Below, in pieces: positions 51,391 through 62,811 of a DNA stretch of 64,000 bases. A program made the position numbers and the translations under genes. The stretch's first letter is position 1. The number at the start of each line of letters is the position of its first letter. The notes under the pieces are model-generated. The model was given only the letters and a program-made list of their open reading frames with translations. It ran no database searches and was not told the DNA's origin. This DNA is from an uncultured Candidatus Rokubacteria bacterium (GTDB taxonomy: Bacteria; Methylomirabilota; Methylomirabilia; Rokubacteriales; CSP1-6), in contig CAVWFS010000007.1 of assembly GCA_963754315.1 (NCBI GenBank), forward strand, positions 832,001 through 896,000, written 5' to 3'.

Positions 51391-52572
51391 TCAACAGGGG
51401 TCTCCTGAACCCGCCGTGGGCCGCCCCACCAGTTCCGCGAGCACGACGCAGGCGAGGGCGAGGGCTTTCAGGTCGATGGCCGCGTCGCGGTAGAAGTGGT
51501 CGAGGCCGACGTCCGTGACCACGATACTGCCCGGTATGAGCTCGTCGGCGAGGAGTGTGAGCCCGTCGTTGGGGCCGAGTGGCCGGAGGGCCTCGTAGCG
51601 GCCCGCGACCGCGTCGCCGATGTGGCCGGAGAGCGGCACGCCGACGTATTGCAGGGTCAGGACGTGTTCCGGCAGTTTCACGCGGTCGAACGCGGGCCGC
51701 CGGACGGTGGTACTGAGGTTCTCGATCACATCGGGCCGGAGGCCCTCGAACGCGAAAGCCAGCCGGGCCAGCCAGCTCTGCGGCCAGCCGACCCAGCGGT
51801 CCGCATAGGGACTTCCCCGCAGAAGGCCGCCGACGCTGATCCAGGCGCGGACGTGCCCGAGTGTGTCCGCCGGCAGCAGGGTGCCGAGCGCGAGCGCCAC
51901 CTCGGGCCCCCCCTTGCTCGTGCTCACCACGATGACCTTGTCGTGGCGCTTGCCTAGACGCGTGAGCTCGCGGGCGACGATGGCGGCGTTCTCCTCCACG
52001 GCCCCGATTTCATCCGTCTCGATGAGCACGGTCGAGAACCCGTGGGCAGCCATGACCTGGCGGGGTCGGGCGAAATCCGCGCCTGTCCAAGGATCCCTCC
52101 TGTAGGCATAGCCCGGCACAAAAGCCATGAGGTACGCTCGGTAGTCCTCGGGAATCCGCGGCGTCGACGCCTGAGACATGAGCCGTTGCAGGGCGGCGTG
52201 GAAGGCGTCCTGCGCGCGGCGGTTGGCAGGAATGTCGTACAGGCGCGCGACGAAATAGAGGGTGGCCAGGTCCGTCGACGATCGGCGTGTGAGCCGCTCC
52301 ATCGCCTCCCGGTCTTTCGGATCAGCGCGGACCTCCTGGAGTGCGCTCTCGATAGCCGCATCCCGCGCGGGGTCGGTCCGGCGCCCGCGCACGTAGCTCT
52401 CCAGGTAGTACTTCGCCAACTCCGAATCGACCGTGGTCGTCACGGCCTGTCCAGCGAGGGTCCCGACGGCCGGCACGCGTGGCGAGATCGAGCAGGCGGA
52501 CACACCCAGCGCGAGCAGGGCGATGGCGAGCAGGGCGCGTCTCCGCCATCGATCCGCAGCGTTTTTAGTCAA
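51391..52572 (-). CDS. Lipoprotein with an alpha/beta-hydrolase domain
   Basis: VSAC lipobox; FVPGY, STSKGG nucleophile elbow, NDGL and DH. Confidence 0.75.
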   Translation of the reverse strand: MTKNAADRWRRRALLAIALLALGVSACSISPRVPAVGTLAGQAVTTTVDSELAKYYLESYVRGRRTDPARDAAIESALQEVRADPKDREAMERLTRRSSTDLATLYFVARLYDIPANRRAQDAFHAALQRLMSQASTPRIPEDYRAYLMAFVPGYAYRRDPWTGADFARPRQVMAAHGFSTVLIETDEIGAVEENAAIVARELTRLGKRHDKVIVVSTSKGGPEVALALGTLLPADTLGHVRAWISVGGLLRGSPYADRWVGWPQSWLARLAFAFEGLRPDVIENLSTTVRRPAFDRVKLPEHVLTLQYVGVPLSGHIGDAVAGRYEALRPLGPNDGLTLLADELIPGSIVVTDVGLDHFYRDAAIDLKALALACVVLAELVGRPTAGSGDPC

Positions 52573-52703
52573 TGGACCTCATTGAAACCGGAAAAGGTTT
52601 GACCCCAGCCCCTGACCCTTCGAGGGGATCCCGACTACAATACTCCCCGGCCACCGAGAGGGCCGGGGGTAGACCTTGGCGCGCGGTCTCATCGTCTCCT
52701 GAT

Positions 52704-54271
52704 ATGCCTGTTCGTTATGATGCCGTCGTCATCGGCAGTGGCTTCGGGGGAGCGGTTTCCGCCTGTCGCCTGGCTGAGGCCGGGTACTCCGTTCTGATAC
52801 TGGAGCGCGGGCGCCGCTGGGATAAGACCACCTTCCCCCGCAAGCCTGGGGACGACTGGCTCTGGGACCACGACCATCCCGAGCGTTGCCAGGGCTGGAT
52901 CGACTTCAGAGTCTTTCCGAGCATGGCTGTCGTGCAGGGCGCCGGTGTCGGTGGCGGTTCGCTTGTCTATGCGAACGTGTCCGTCAGTGCCAGGCCCGAT
53001 ACGTTCGACGCCGGCTGGCCGCCCGAGATCACCTTCGCGGCCTCGAAGCGCACTATCGCGCGGTGAAGGAGATGCTGGGGTCGCGTCAGGTCCCCGAGAG
53101 CCAGTGGCCCGAGCGCACTCGGCTCCTCAAGCTCGCCGCCGAGCGAGACGGCGCCGCCGACAGGTTCGAGCCGCTGGACCTAGCGGTGAGCTTCAGTGAC
53201 GACTGGAATGTGGGACTGCCCGACCCATACTCACCCGGGCACTCGAAACCGTTCGTCAACCCTCACGGCAAGCTCCAGGGGACGTGTGTGCACCTGGGCA
53301 ATTGCGACATCGGGTGCGACGTGGGCGCCCGCAACTCCCTCGACCTGAACTACCTCGCCCGCGCCGAGTTCCGTCAGGCCGAGGTGTGGCCGCTTCACAT
53401 CGCCCGGGTCATCGAGCCTCTCCCTGACGGCTACCGGGTCCGCTTCGAACGGATCGAGAACGGTACGCTCGTCCCCGGCGAGGTCAGCGCGCGCATCGTG
53501 ATCCTCGGCGCTGGCTCGCTGGGTTCCACCGAGTTGCTGCTGCGGTGTCGCGACCAGTTCGGCACTCTGCCCGCGCTCAGTGCGTTCCTCGGTCACAACT
53601 GGAGTAGCAACGGCGACTTTCTCACTCCCGCCATCCACCCGTTACGCGAGGTTCGACCAACACGCGGGCCGACGATCACGGCCGCGGTCGACTATCTTGA
53701 CGGCGTGCGCGGCGGCCAGCGCTTCTTTATCGAGGACGGCGGCTTTCCAGACCTTCTCCGCAACTATCTCACCCAGCTCCACGGCAGCGACGCCCATCAA
53801 CCCCTCGCCCGGGAATTCATCAATACGATGCGCCTCATGCTGTCCGGGACCGATGCCCTCCATCGGGTGATGCCCTGGTTCGCCCAAGGTCGCGACGCCG
53901 CCAACGGTATCCTGTCCCTGCGCGCCGAACGACTCTTCCTCGACTGGGATATCGACCAATCCGAGAGCGTCATCAACGCAATCGTCGACACTCACAAGGA
54001 CTTCGCCCGCAGCACGTCCGGACTGCCGTTGGTGCCAACCACGTGGACGGTTGCACGCCACCTGGTCACCCCGCACCCGCTCGGCGGGTGCAACATGGGG
54101 AGGACGCCGGCCGAAGGGGTCGTCAATCACGCCGGGGAGATCTTCGGCTACCCCAACCTCTACGTGGCCGACGGGGCGATCGTCCCCGAAGCGCTGGGCC
54201 TGAACCCGTCGAAGACCATCGCCGCCCTCGCCGAGCGGGTCGCCGCCATCATCCTGGAGGAGCGCCGCTAA
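52704..54271 (+). CDS. GMC oxidoreductase, cholesterol oxidase-like (frameshift near 53040)
   Basis: IGSGFGG, GVGGGSLVYAN, CDIGC, HPLGG and GLNPSKTI motifs. Confidence 0.88.
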
Positions 54272-54374
54272 GCTGCATCCTTGCGATGATAGCGGAGCGG
54301 CGGAAAAGTCGACACAATGGGCCTCGATACTGCTACGGCCGCGGGGGTCAGGGCGGTCGGCCGGGCCTTGAGAG

Positions 54375-55790
54375 GTGATCGTGGATACTTACGATGCTGT
54401 GATCCTCGGCGGTGGCTCGGCCGGTGAGTACATCGCGTCCTTGCTGGCCGATGGCGGTCAGCGGGTGGCCGTGGTGGAGGCGCGGTTGGTGGGCGGCGAA
54501 TGCCCCTACTTCGCGTGCATACCCAGCAAGGCCATGCTGGCAGCCGCCGAGCTGCGGCACCGCATCGGGCGTACGGCGCTGGCGGCCGGTGCCATCGGTC
54601 GCCCCGTGATCCTCGATAGTGACGTCGAGGCGTACGCCGCGGCGGTAGCGCGCCGGGACATCGTTGCCGAGCATCAGGACGACTCGGCCGCGGTGCAACG
54701 CTTGCAGGCGAAGAACGTCCGCGTCATCAAGGCCCGAGGGCACATCGAGGATTCCGGCGTCGTCGCCGTCGGTGAATTGCGCATCGGATGGCGCCACCTC
54801 GTCATTGCGACCGGCACCAGGTTCCGCGAGCCCGCCATACCTGGCATCGGGGCGGTGTCTTTCTGGACCAGCGAGGACTTTTACACGAAGGGCGAAATCC
54901 CCGTATCGGCAGTCATCATCGGTGGCGGCGCCGTCGGCTGCGAGATCGCCCAGGTGCTCAGCCGATTCGGCAGTCGGGTGACCCTGGTTCAGCACTCACC
55001 GCAGCTTCTTTCCCGGGAAGAACCCGCGGTCGCCGATGCCCTGGCGGCTGCCCTGCGCGAAGACGGAATCGACGTGCGGCTGGGCGTGGAGGTAACCAGT
55101 GTCGCACCTCTTCCAGGTGGAGTCCGCGTCGGCCTCGACGACGGGTGGTCGTCGACGGTCGAGCGGGTGATCGTCGCCATTGGCATGCGGCCCAATACCG
55201 ATGGGATCGGGCTCGAGCGTCTCGGGATCGAGCCCGACGCCCGAGGCTACTTGCCCGTCGACGATCACTGCCGACTCGGAGGGCGCCCCAACGTCTGGGC
55301 CGCTGGCGATGTCACCGGCGTTGCTCCCTACACCCACACCGCCAACTACCACGCTCGGACGGTCGCCGCGAATCTCCTGGGCCAGGACACCCGGGCCGAT
55401 ACTCGAGCGATTCCGCGCGGCGTCTACACGGACCCGGCGGTGGCCTCGGTGGGTCTCACCGAGAGTGCCGCCCGCGCGCAAGGCTACGATGTGGCGGTCG
55501 CGAGTTTTCCGCTGGCCAGCACTGCCCGTGCCTTCGTGACGGGCAACCAGTCGGGTATTCTGCTCCTGGTCGCGGACAAGGCAGCGCGCGTGCTCCTGGG
55601 GGCCGCCGCCGTCGGTCCGCACGTGGAGGAGCTCATCGGCGAGGCCGCCCTGGCCATTCGGGCGCGGGTCCCGCTGGAGATTCTCGCCGATCTGGTCCAC
55701 CCCTTTCCGACCTACAGCGAGGCCTACGAACCAGCGATCCGAGACCTCTTGACCGCCGTTGGCACGAGAGGCGTGCAGAGCCGGGGCTGA
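54375..55790 (+). CDS. Pyridine nucleotide-disulfide oxidoreductase (Lpd/MerA family)
   Basis: GGGSAG, GGECPYFACIPSK, GGGAVG, AAGD and HPFPTYSE motifs; no MerA C-terminal CC. Confidence 0.92.
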   Translation: MIVDTYDAVILGGGSAGEYIASLLADGGQRVAVVEARLVGGECPYFACIPSKAMLAAAELRHRIGRTALAAGAIGRPVILDSDVEAYAAAVARRDIVAEHQDDSAAVQRLQAKNVRVIKARGHIEDSGVVAVGELRIGWRHLVIATGTRFREPAIPGIGAVSFWTSEDFYTKGEIPVSAVIIGGGAVGCEIAQVLSRFGSRVTLVQHSPQLLSREEPAVADALAAALREDGIDVRLGVEVTSVAPLPGGVRVGLDDGWSSTVERVIVAIGMRPNTDGIGLERLGIEPDARGYLPVDDHCRLGGRPNVWAAGDVTGVAPYTHTANYHARTVAANLLGQDTRADTRAIPRGVYTDPAVASVGLTESAARAQGYDVAVASFPLASTARAFVTGNQSGILLLVADKAARVLLGAAAVGPHVEELIGEAALAIRARVPLEILADLVHPFPTYSEAYEPAIRDLLTAVGTRGVQSRG

Positions 55791-55839
55791 GCCGCCACGG
55801 AGGTGACGGCGACCCGGTACCCGCGACGGGAAGGAGGGC

Positions 55840-56460
55840 ATGGTTTCCATCGGCTGGCTGGAGGGCGTCGGATACCTCGCGTCGCTGCTCGTCTTCTGCA
55901 CCTTCTATATGAAGACGATGCTGCCGCTGCGGGCCGTGGCGATCGCGAGCAACGTCGCCTTCCTGACCTATGGGCTCGCGGGCGGCCTCTATCCGGTGTT
56001 CGCCCTCCACGCGGTGTTGCTCCCGCTCAACTGCCTCCGGCTGCGCCAGATGCAGCAGCTCGTCCGGCGAGTCCAGGAGGCGGCGCGGGCCGACGTGTCC
56101 ACCGAATGGCTCATTCCGCTCATGACCCGCCAGCGACGCAATCCGGGTGAGGTCCTGTTCCGGATCGGCGACCCCGCGCGCTCGATGTACGTGATCCTCG
56201 CAGGCTCCGTGAGGCTGGTTGAGATCGAGGTCGTCTTGGGGCCCGGTGCCCTCGTCGGCGAGATGGGGATCTTCGCGCCCGATCATCGCCGGACCGGCAC
56301 CGCCCTCTGCGAGACGGAGGTCGAGATCGGGTCGATCAGCGACGAGAAGGCGCTGCAGCTCTACTACCAGAACCCGGCGTTCGGCTTCTCCCTGTTCCGG
56401 CTCGTCATGCAGCGCATGCTCGAGAACGAGCGGCGCGGGCATCCGCGAGACCGCGGCTGA
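55840..56460 (+). CDS. Membrane protein with a cyclic nucleotide-binding domain
   Basis: N-terminal TMs (TMLPLRAVAIASN); LFRIGD, VGEMG and RTGTA motifs; no HTH. Confidence 0.85.
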   Translation: MVSIGWLEGVGYLASLLVFCTFYMKTMLPLRAVAIASNVAFLTYGLAGGLYPVFALHAVLLPLNCLRLRQMQQLVRRVQEAARADVSTEWLIPLMTRQRRNPGEVLFRIGDPARSMYVILAGSVRLVEIEVVLGPGALVGEMGIFAPDHRRTGTALCETEVEIGSISDEKALQLYYQNPAFGFSLFRLVMQRMLENERRGHPRDRG

Positions 56461-56616
56461 CACACGCGCGTCGGTAAAGAGCGACGCCAGCGCACGCGGA
56501 GGGAGAGGTGAAGCTGCAGCGGTTCCGCTGCCCCCGAGTTGGAGTAGAGTAGCGCCACGGCTACAAAGGTCGGTCCAGTGAGTTTGCCCTTCACACACAC
56601 ACTCGGAGGAGCGGAC

Positions 56617-57753
56617 ATGCCCACCAGACGGCCTCTCATCACGCTCGTGACGTTGATGCTCGTCAGCGTTGCCCTCACGGCGCCGGCGGCCGCGCAGATG
56701 TCGGCGGCCACGACGCAGTGGAAGATGCAGAGCAGCTGGCCCGCTGCGGATTTTCACCAGGTCAATCCCAAGGGGCTCATCGAGAAGATCACGGAGATGA
56801 CGGGCGGTCGCCTCCAGATAGATCTGCAGCCCGCGGGCACCGTGGTGCCGGCCTTCGAGGTCCTCGATGCGGTGAACCGCGGCATCATCGACGCCGGCCA
56901 CTCGTGGCCGGGCTTCTGGACCGGCAAGAACGCGGCGGCGACGCTGTTCGGCAGCGCGCCCGGGGGCCCATACGGCATGAATGCCGAAGACTACCTGGGG
57001 TGGATCTACCTCGGAGGCGGGCTCGAGCTCTACAACGAACTCCTGCAGAAGGAGATGAAGATGAACGTGGTGGTCTTCCCGACCTTCGGGGAGACGCCGG
57101 AGCCGCAGGGCTGGTTCCGGAAACCCATCAAGTCCCCGGCCGATCTCAAGGGGCTCAAGTTCCGCGCCACCGGCATCGCGGCAGAAGTCTTCAAGGAGAT
57201 GGGGATGTCGGTCGTTAGCATCGCACCGGGCGAGATCGTCCCCGGGCTCGAGCGCGGCGTGGTCGAGGCGGCCGAGTTCAGCGACCCGAGCGCCGACATG
57301 GCGATCGGCCTGCATCAGGTCCGGAAGTTCTACCACATGCCCGGCATCCATCAGCCCACGGGCATCATGGAGCTCCAGATCAACAAGGCGAAGTGGGACG
57401 CGCTGCCCGCCGACGTGAAGGCCATCGTGAAAAACGCGGCCATGGCCGAGGCGCTGCACTACACGCTCAAGATGCTCGACCGCAACAGCCAAGACCTCGT
57501 CACGCTCGTGACCAAGCACGGCGTCACCGTCGTCGAGACGCCGCGCGAAGTGTTGGGCGAGATCCTCAAGGCCTGGGACAAGGTGGCCGAGCGCAAGGCC
57601 AAGGAAAACCCGTTCTTCGCCAAGGTGCTGGAGTCGCAGAAGGCGTGGGCCCAGCGCGTGGTGCCGTACCGCCGCTGCTGCCATCCGCCCTACGAGTTCG
57701 CCGCCGACTACTACTGGAAGGGCGCCAACCCGTACAAGATCGTCAAGCCATAA
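56617..57753 (+). CDS. TRAP substrate-binding protein (TakP-like)
   Basis: WKMQSSW, GWFRKPI, DLKGLKFR and LERGVVEAAEF motifs; signal peptide. Confidence 0.9.
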   Translation: MPTRRPLITLVTLMLVSVALTAPAAAQMSAATTQWKMQSSWPAADFHQVNPKGLIEKITEMTGGRLQIDLQPAGTVVPAFEVLDAVNRGIIDAGHSWPGFWTGKNAAATLFGSAPGGPYGMNAEDYLGWIYLGGGLELYNELLQKEMKMNVVVFPTFGETPEPQGWFRKPIKSPADLKGLKFRATGIAAEVFKEMGMSVVSIAPGEIVPGLERGVVEAAEFSDPSADMAIGLHQVRKFYHMPGIHQPTGIMELQINKAKWDALPADVKAIVKNAAMAEALHYTLKMLDRNSQDLVTLVTKHGVTVVETPREVLGEILKAWDKVAERKAKENPFFAKVLESQKAWAQRVVPYRRCCHPPYEFAADYYWKGANPYKIVKP

Positions 57754-57763
57754 GTCGCTGCCG

Positions 57764-60700
57764 ATGCGGTGCCCCCAATGCGGCCAGGAGAATCCCACCG
57801 CGGCGCGCTTCTGCAACGACTGCGGGGCGCGGCTGGAGATCGCGTGCGCGGGGTGCGGGCAGGCCAACCCCCCGGCAAGCCGCTTCTGCAACGGCTGTGG
57901 CCAACCTCTGCGCGGGGCGCCACTGTCGCCGCCCGCGCCCGGCAGCTATACGCCGCGGCACCTCGCCGAGAAGATCCTCACCTCGAAGGCGGCGCTCGAG
58001 GGCGAGCGCAAGCAGGTCACCGTGCTCTTCGCCGATCTCAAGGGCTCGATGGAGCTGCTGGCCGACCGCGATCCGGAGGACGCGCGAAAGGTCCTCGACC
58101 CGGTGATCGAGCACATGATGGCCGCCGTGCACCGTTACGAGGGCACCGTCAACCAGGTCATGGGTGACGGGATCATGGCGCTCTTCGGCGCCCCGCTAGC
58201 CCACGAGGACCACGCCGTCCGGGCCAGCTACGCCGCGCTGCGGATGCAGGAGACGGTCAAGCGCTATGCCGAGGAGGTCCGCCGGACGCAGGGGATCAGC
58301 CTGCGCATCCGGATCGGGCTCAACTCCGGCGACGTGGTCGTGCGGGCAGTCGGGAGCGACCTCCGCATGGACTACACGGCGGTGGGCCAGACCACCCACC
58401 TGGCCGCGCGCATGGAGCAGCTCGCCGATCCCGGCTCGATCCTCCTCACCCCCGTCACGCTGGCCCTGGCCGAGGGGCACATCGATGTCCGCTCACTCGG
58501 CCCCATGCCAGTGAAAGGGCTCGCCGACCCGATGGAGGTGTACGAGATGCTCGGCGCCTCCACCATCCGCTCGCGCTTTCAGGCGGCGGCGGCGCGGGGG
58601 CTCTCGCGGTTCGTCGGACGCACCGTCGAGATCGAGCAGCTCCACGAGGCCCTCGACCACGTCCGGGCCGGCCGGGGACAGGTCGTTGGCGTGGTCGGCG
58701 AGCCCGGCGTGGGCAAGTCGCGCCTGTACCACGAGTTCACCCTCTCGCACCGCGTGCAGGGCTGCTTCGTCCTGGCCAGCGTCTCGGTCTCCTACGGCAA
58801 GGCGGCGGCGTACTTCCCGATCATCGACCTTCTGAGGACGTACTTCCGGATCGAAGGGCGGGACGACCCGCGGATCATCCGCGAAAAGGTGACGGGCCGG
58901 CTCCTCTCGCTCGACCGGGCCCTCGAGCCGTTCCTCCCGTCGTTCCTGTGGCTCCTCGACGTCCCCACCGACGATCCCGACTGGGAGCACCTCGACCCGC
59001 CCCAGCGCCGCCGGCAGATCCTCGACGGCGTCAAGCGGCTCCTCCTCCGCGAGAGCCATGCCCAGCCCGTCGTCGTCATCTTCGAGGATCTTCACTGGAT
59101 CGACGCCGAGACGCAGGCCCTGGTGGACGCCCTCGTGGAGGGGCTGCCGGCGGCGCGCGTCCTCATGCTCGTCAACTATCGCCCGGAGTACCACCACGCC
59201 TGGGGATCGAAGACCTACTACCGGCAGCTCCGGATCGACCCCTTGCCCGCGGCCAGCGCGCGCGAGCTGCTGGACGCCCTGCTCGGCGACGACCCCACCG
59301 TCCAGCCGCTGAAGGGCCTCCTCATCCAGCGGACGGAGGGGACGCCGTTCTTCCTGGAGGAAGGTGTCCGGGCGCTGGTCGAGACGAGAGTGCTGACGGG
59401 CGACCGCGGGAGCTACCGCCTGCTGCGGTCGCTCGACACCATCGAGGTGCCGGCCACCGTGAAGGCCCTCCTCGCCTCCCGGATCGACCGTCTGACCCCC
59501 GAGGACAAGAGCGTGCTCCAGGCCGCCTCGGTCATCGGCACCGACGTGCAGTTCGACGTGCTCGAGGCCATCGCCGGCGTGCCCCGGGACGAGCTCCGGC
59601 GCCATCTCGACCAGCTGCAGTCCGCGGAGTTCCTCTACGAGACCGCCCTCTTTCCGACCCTCGAGTACACCTTCAAGCACGCGCTGACCCACGAGGTAAC
59701 CTACGGCAGCCTCCTCGCAGACCGCCGGCGCGCGCTGCACGCCCGGATCGTCGAGGCCATCGAGCGGCTGTACGCCGATCGGCTGAGCGATCAGATCGAG
59801 CGATTGGCCGGCCACGCTGTCCGAGGCGACATCCCCGACAAGGCCGTGACCTATCTCCACGGAGCCGGGGACAAGGCGCTCCGGCGCTCAGCCAACAACG
59901 AGGCCGTTGCCTACTTCACCGAGGCGCTCGACTTCCTCGCACGATGGCCGACCGGCCCCGAGCGCGAGGGCCAGGAGCTGCGCTTGCTCCTGGCCCTCGG
60001 GCCTGCACTCCAGATGACGCGGGGCTTCGGCGCGCCGGAGGTGGGGCGTACCTACACGCGGGCGTCGGAGCTGGGCGAGACGATCGGCAAGCCGGCCGAG
60101 CACTTCCAGGCGTTGTGGGGCCGCTGGCTCTTCACCACGACGGGGCGGGGAGACTACGCTGCCGGGCGCCGGATTGCCGAGGCCCTGATCGTTCTTGGCG
60201 AGCAACTGGGCGACGTGCCCTACGGCTCGAGGCCCACCACGCGATGGCGCCGACCACGCTCTGGGTGGGCGAGCCGGAGGCCACGCGCGGGCACTGCGAG
60301 CAGGGCATCGCCCTCTATGACAAGGAGCAGCACCGGTCCCTGGCCTTCCTCTACGGCGGGCACGACCCGGGTGTCTGTTGCCGCATGCACTCGGCCCTGG
60401 CTCTGTGGATGCTCGGCTACCCCGCGCTGGCCCTCGAGCGCAGCCGCTCCGGCCTGGCCCTGGCCAGGGAACTGGGGCACCCTGGAAGCATCGTCAACGC
60501 GTTCCCCTTCGCGGTGCTCGTGCATCAACTGGTCGGAGACAGTGCAATCCTGGGCGACCTCATCGAATCGATGGTGGCGATGTCCACTGAGCACGGACTG
60601 CGTCAGTGGTTGGCCTACGGGCGGATCTTCGAGGGCTGGATCAGCCGGCAGGACCGCGGACGGGACGCCATCGACCATATCCGCCACGGCATCGACGAGT

Positions 60701-61165
60701 ATCGCGCGATGGGCAACACGCTCTGGGTTCCGGCCTTCCAGGGGCTCCTGGCCGACGTCTGCCTGCAGCACGGCGCCACGGAGGAAGGACTGACGACCAT
60801 TGCCGAGGCCCTGGCCCTGGCCGACGTGACCGGAGCCCACCTCTGGACCCCGGAGTTCCATCGGCTCAGGGGCGAGCTGCTGCTCGCCCGTGCCGGCGCC
60901 GACGAGGCAGCACGCCGAGGCCGCCTTCCGCCAGGCCATCGACGGGGCCCGCGAGCAGGGCGCTCGATCCTGGGAGCTGCGCGCCGCGGTGAGCCTGAGC
61001 CGCCTCTGGCAGCGCCAGGGCAAGCGCGAGGAGGCTCGGCGGCTTGTGGGGGAGATCCACGGCTGGTTCACCGAGGGCTTCGACACCGCCGACCTCGCGG
61101 CGGCGCGCCGCTGGCTCGACGAGCTCGAGGAGACCGGCCCCGCAGGCCGACCGCGTCCTTCCTGA
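57764..61165 (+). CDS. Class III adenylate/guanylate cyclase with double Zn ribbon, AAA ATPase and TPR (frameshifts near 60215 and 60910)
   Basis: CPQC..CNDC..CAGC..CNGC; VLFADLKGS; GDGIMALFG; GEPGVGKS; FEDLHW; WFTEGFDT. Confidence 0.9.
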
Positions 61166-61229
61166 CGTCGCTCTGGCCTGTGAACTCCGAAGCCGGCGCG
61201 ACCGCGGAGCGGATGCTACCATCGGGTCG

Positions 61230-61640
61230 ATGGAGAGCGAGGGCCGCGAGCGCGAACACCTCACGGCCGCCATCCGGCAAGAGCTGGAGGCGCGGGCAGA
61301 GATCGTGTTTGCCTACCTGCATGGCTCGTTCCTCGCCGGCGAGGGCTATCGGGACATCGACATCGCCGTCTGGCTCGACCCCTCCCGCGTCGCCCCCGGC
61401 GAGCGGGATCGCTATGCCCTCGATCTCTCGGTCGCGCTCCACCTCGGCCTGAGGCGACCGGTCGACGTTCGCGCCCTCAACGATGCCCCGCTGGCCTTCC
61501 GCTATCACGCGCTCAGGGGTCGGCGGCTCGTCGTCCGCGATGCGGATTTTCTCGACGAGATGCGGGCGCGAACCTGGGACGAGTACTTCGACTTCCTGCC
61601 CTTCGCTCGGCAGTACCTGCGCGAGGCCCTCCGTGGGTGA
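61230..61640 (+). CDS. Minimal nucleotidyltransferase (MntA-like antitoxin)
   Basis: AYLHGSF...DIDIAV (GSx..DxD) motif; VDVRALNDAP. Confidence 0.88.
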   Translation: MESEGREREHLTAAIRQELEARAEIVFAYLHGSFLAGEGYRDIDIAVWLDPSRVAPGERDRYALDLSVALHLGLRRPVDVRALNDAPLAFRYHALRGRRLVVRDADFLDEMRARTWDEYFDFLPFARQYLREALRG

Positions 61641-62049
61641 GGTGAACCTGGACCGGCTGCGCGAGCTGGCCGGGCACCTGCGCGATGCGGTCCGCCAGCT
61701 ACGCGAGCTGGCCAGCTCATCTCGCGAGAGCTTTCTCGTCGACTTCCGCACCATCAATAGCGCGAAGTACCTGTTGATCGTGGCCGCCGAAGCGGCGCTC
61801 GACATATGCAACCATCTGGCCGCACGGCGGGGCGGCCGGAGCCCCGAAGACTACGCCGATTGCATGAGTGTCCTCGCCGAGATCGGTGTGATCGACCGTG
61901 CGCTCACCGCCCGGCTGGTCAGAATGGCCCGCTTCCGTAACTTGCTGGTACACGTGTATGCCAGAGTCGATGACGCTCAGGTCTACCGCGTGCTCCAGGA
62001 GGATCTCGACGACTTCGATCGTATCTGGAGAGCGTGGGGCGGTACCTGA
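61633..62049 (+). CDS. HEPN/DUF86 ribonuclease (HepT-like toxin)
   Basis: RNLLVHVY Rx4HxY motif; overlaps the MNT stop; possible frameshift near the 3' end. Confidence 0.88.
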   Translation: MGEVNLDRLRELAGHLRDAVRQLRELASSSRESFLVDFRTINSAKYLLIVAAEAALDICNHLAARRGGRSPEDYADCMSVLAEIGVIDRALTARLVRMARFRNLLVHVYARVDDAQVYRVLQEDLDDFDRIWRAWGGT

Positions 62050-62159
62050 AGGCCGATCTCAGCTGAGCGCTTCCTTCGCCCCCGCTGGGGATCGGCCTTG
62101 GGAAATCAACCGATCCCGCTCACTGGCATAGCTGCGCGGGCGGGCCGACTAGGAGCTCG

Positions 62160-62744
62160 ATGCCACAGATCTCGACGCACGAGTTCGAACGGCTCCCGCT
62201 ACGGGTTCATGACTTCCTTTCCGGCGTGCCCCTTCATGACGTGTGGGCGATCGATTTGCCGCGGCCGCGCTCCGGCATCACGCTGGATGCGTTCTTGCGC
62301 GCCGCAGGCGGGCGTCTGCTCAGACCGTCGCCAGTCGTGCGCACGCTCCTGAGCATCCGTTTCTTCGTCGGCCGGCACCTTGGTTGGGATCGCGAGCCGG
62401 ACGCAACCGTGAGGGAAACCTTCGCAACCCGTCTGACCACTGGCGATCTCTCCAAATCCCTTGCGCGGGCGGGCACGCGCGAGGGACTCTTCCGTATCGT
62501 GTACCGCTTCGAAAACGAGCAGCTTCTCGAGGTAAGCAACCGTACCGCTCACGCGGCAGCACTGAGTGCCCTCGTCGAAACGGAGAATGCGTACCGCTTT
62601 TATTTCGGCGTTTACGTGCGCAGCGTCGGCCGCTTGACGCCGGTTTACATGGCCCTCATCGACCCATTCCGCAAGTTGATCGTCTATCCGTCGCTCCTGC
62701 GCAGCGTTCGCACGACCTGGAATCAAACCTTCGGCACCGCCTGA
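62160..62744 (+). CDS. DUF2867-like protein
   Basis: PLHDVW, NRTAHA and YMALIDPFRKLIVYP motifs; GGAG RBS. Confidence 0.75.
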   Translation: MPQISTHEFERLPLRVHDFLSGVPLHDVWAIDLPRPRSGITLDAFLRAAGGRLLRPSPVVRTLLSIRFFVGRHLGWDREPDATVRETFATRLTTGDLSKSLARAGTREGLFRIVYRFENEQLLEVSNRTAHAAALSALVETENAYRFYFGVYVRSVGRLTPVYMALIDPFRKLIVYPSLLRSVRTTWNQTFGTA

Positions 62745-62811
62745 GGACGCTGCGGGCGCGCCTCGCGTTGATCGCGTGAAACAGATAGGGCGACATCCCC
62801 CGGGTCAGGCC

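Noticed and set aside
54375..55790. Mercuric reductase merA
   Set aside because: It lacks the C-terminal Cys pair and has no mer neighbours.
55633..57891. 752-aa minus-strand ORF and similar long antisense ORFs (5822-7483, 39006-40433, 58493-59860)
   Set aside because: These are high-GC shadow frames opposite or overlapping well-supported genes and have no motifs.
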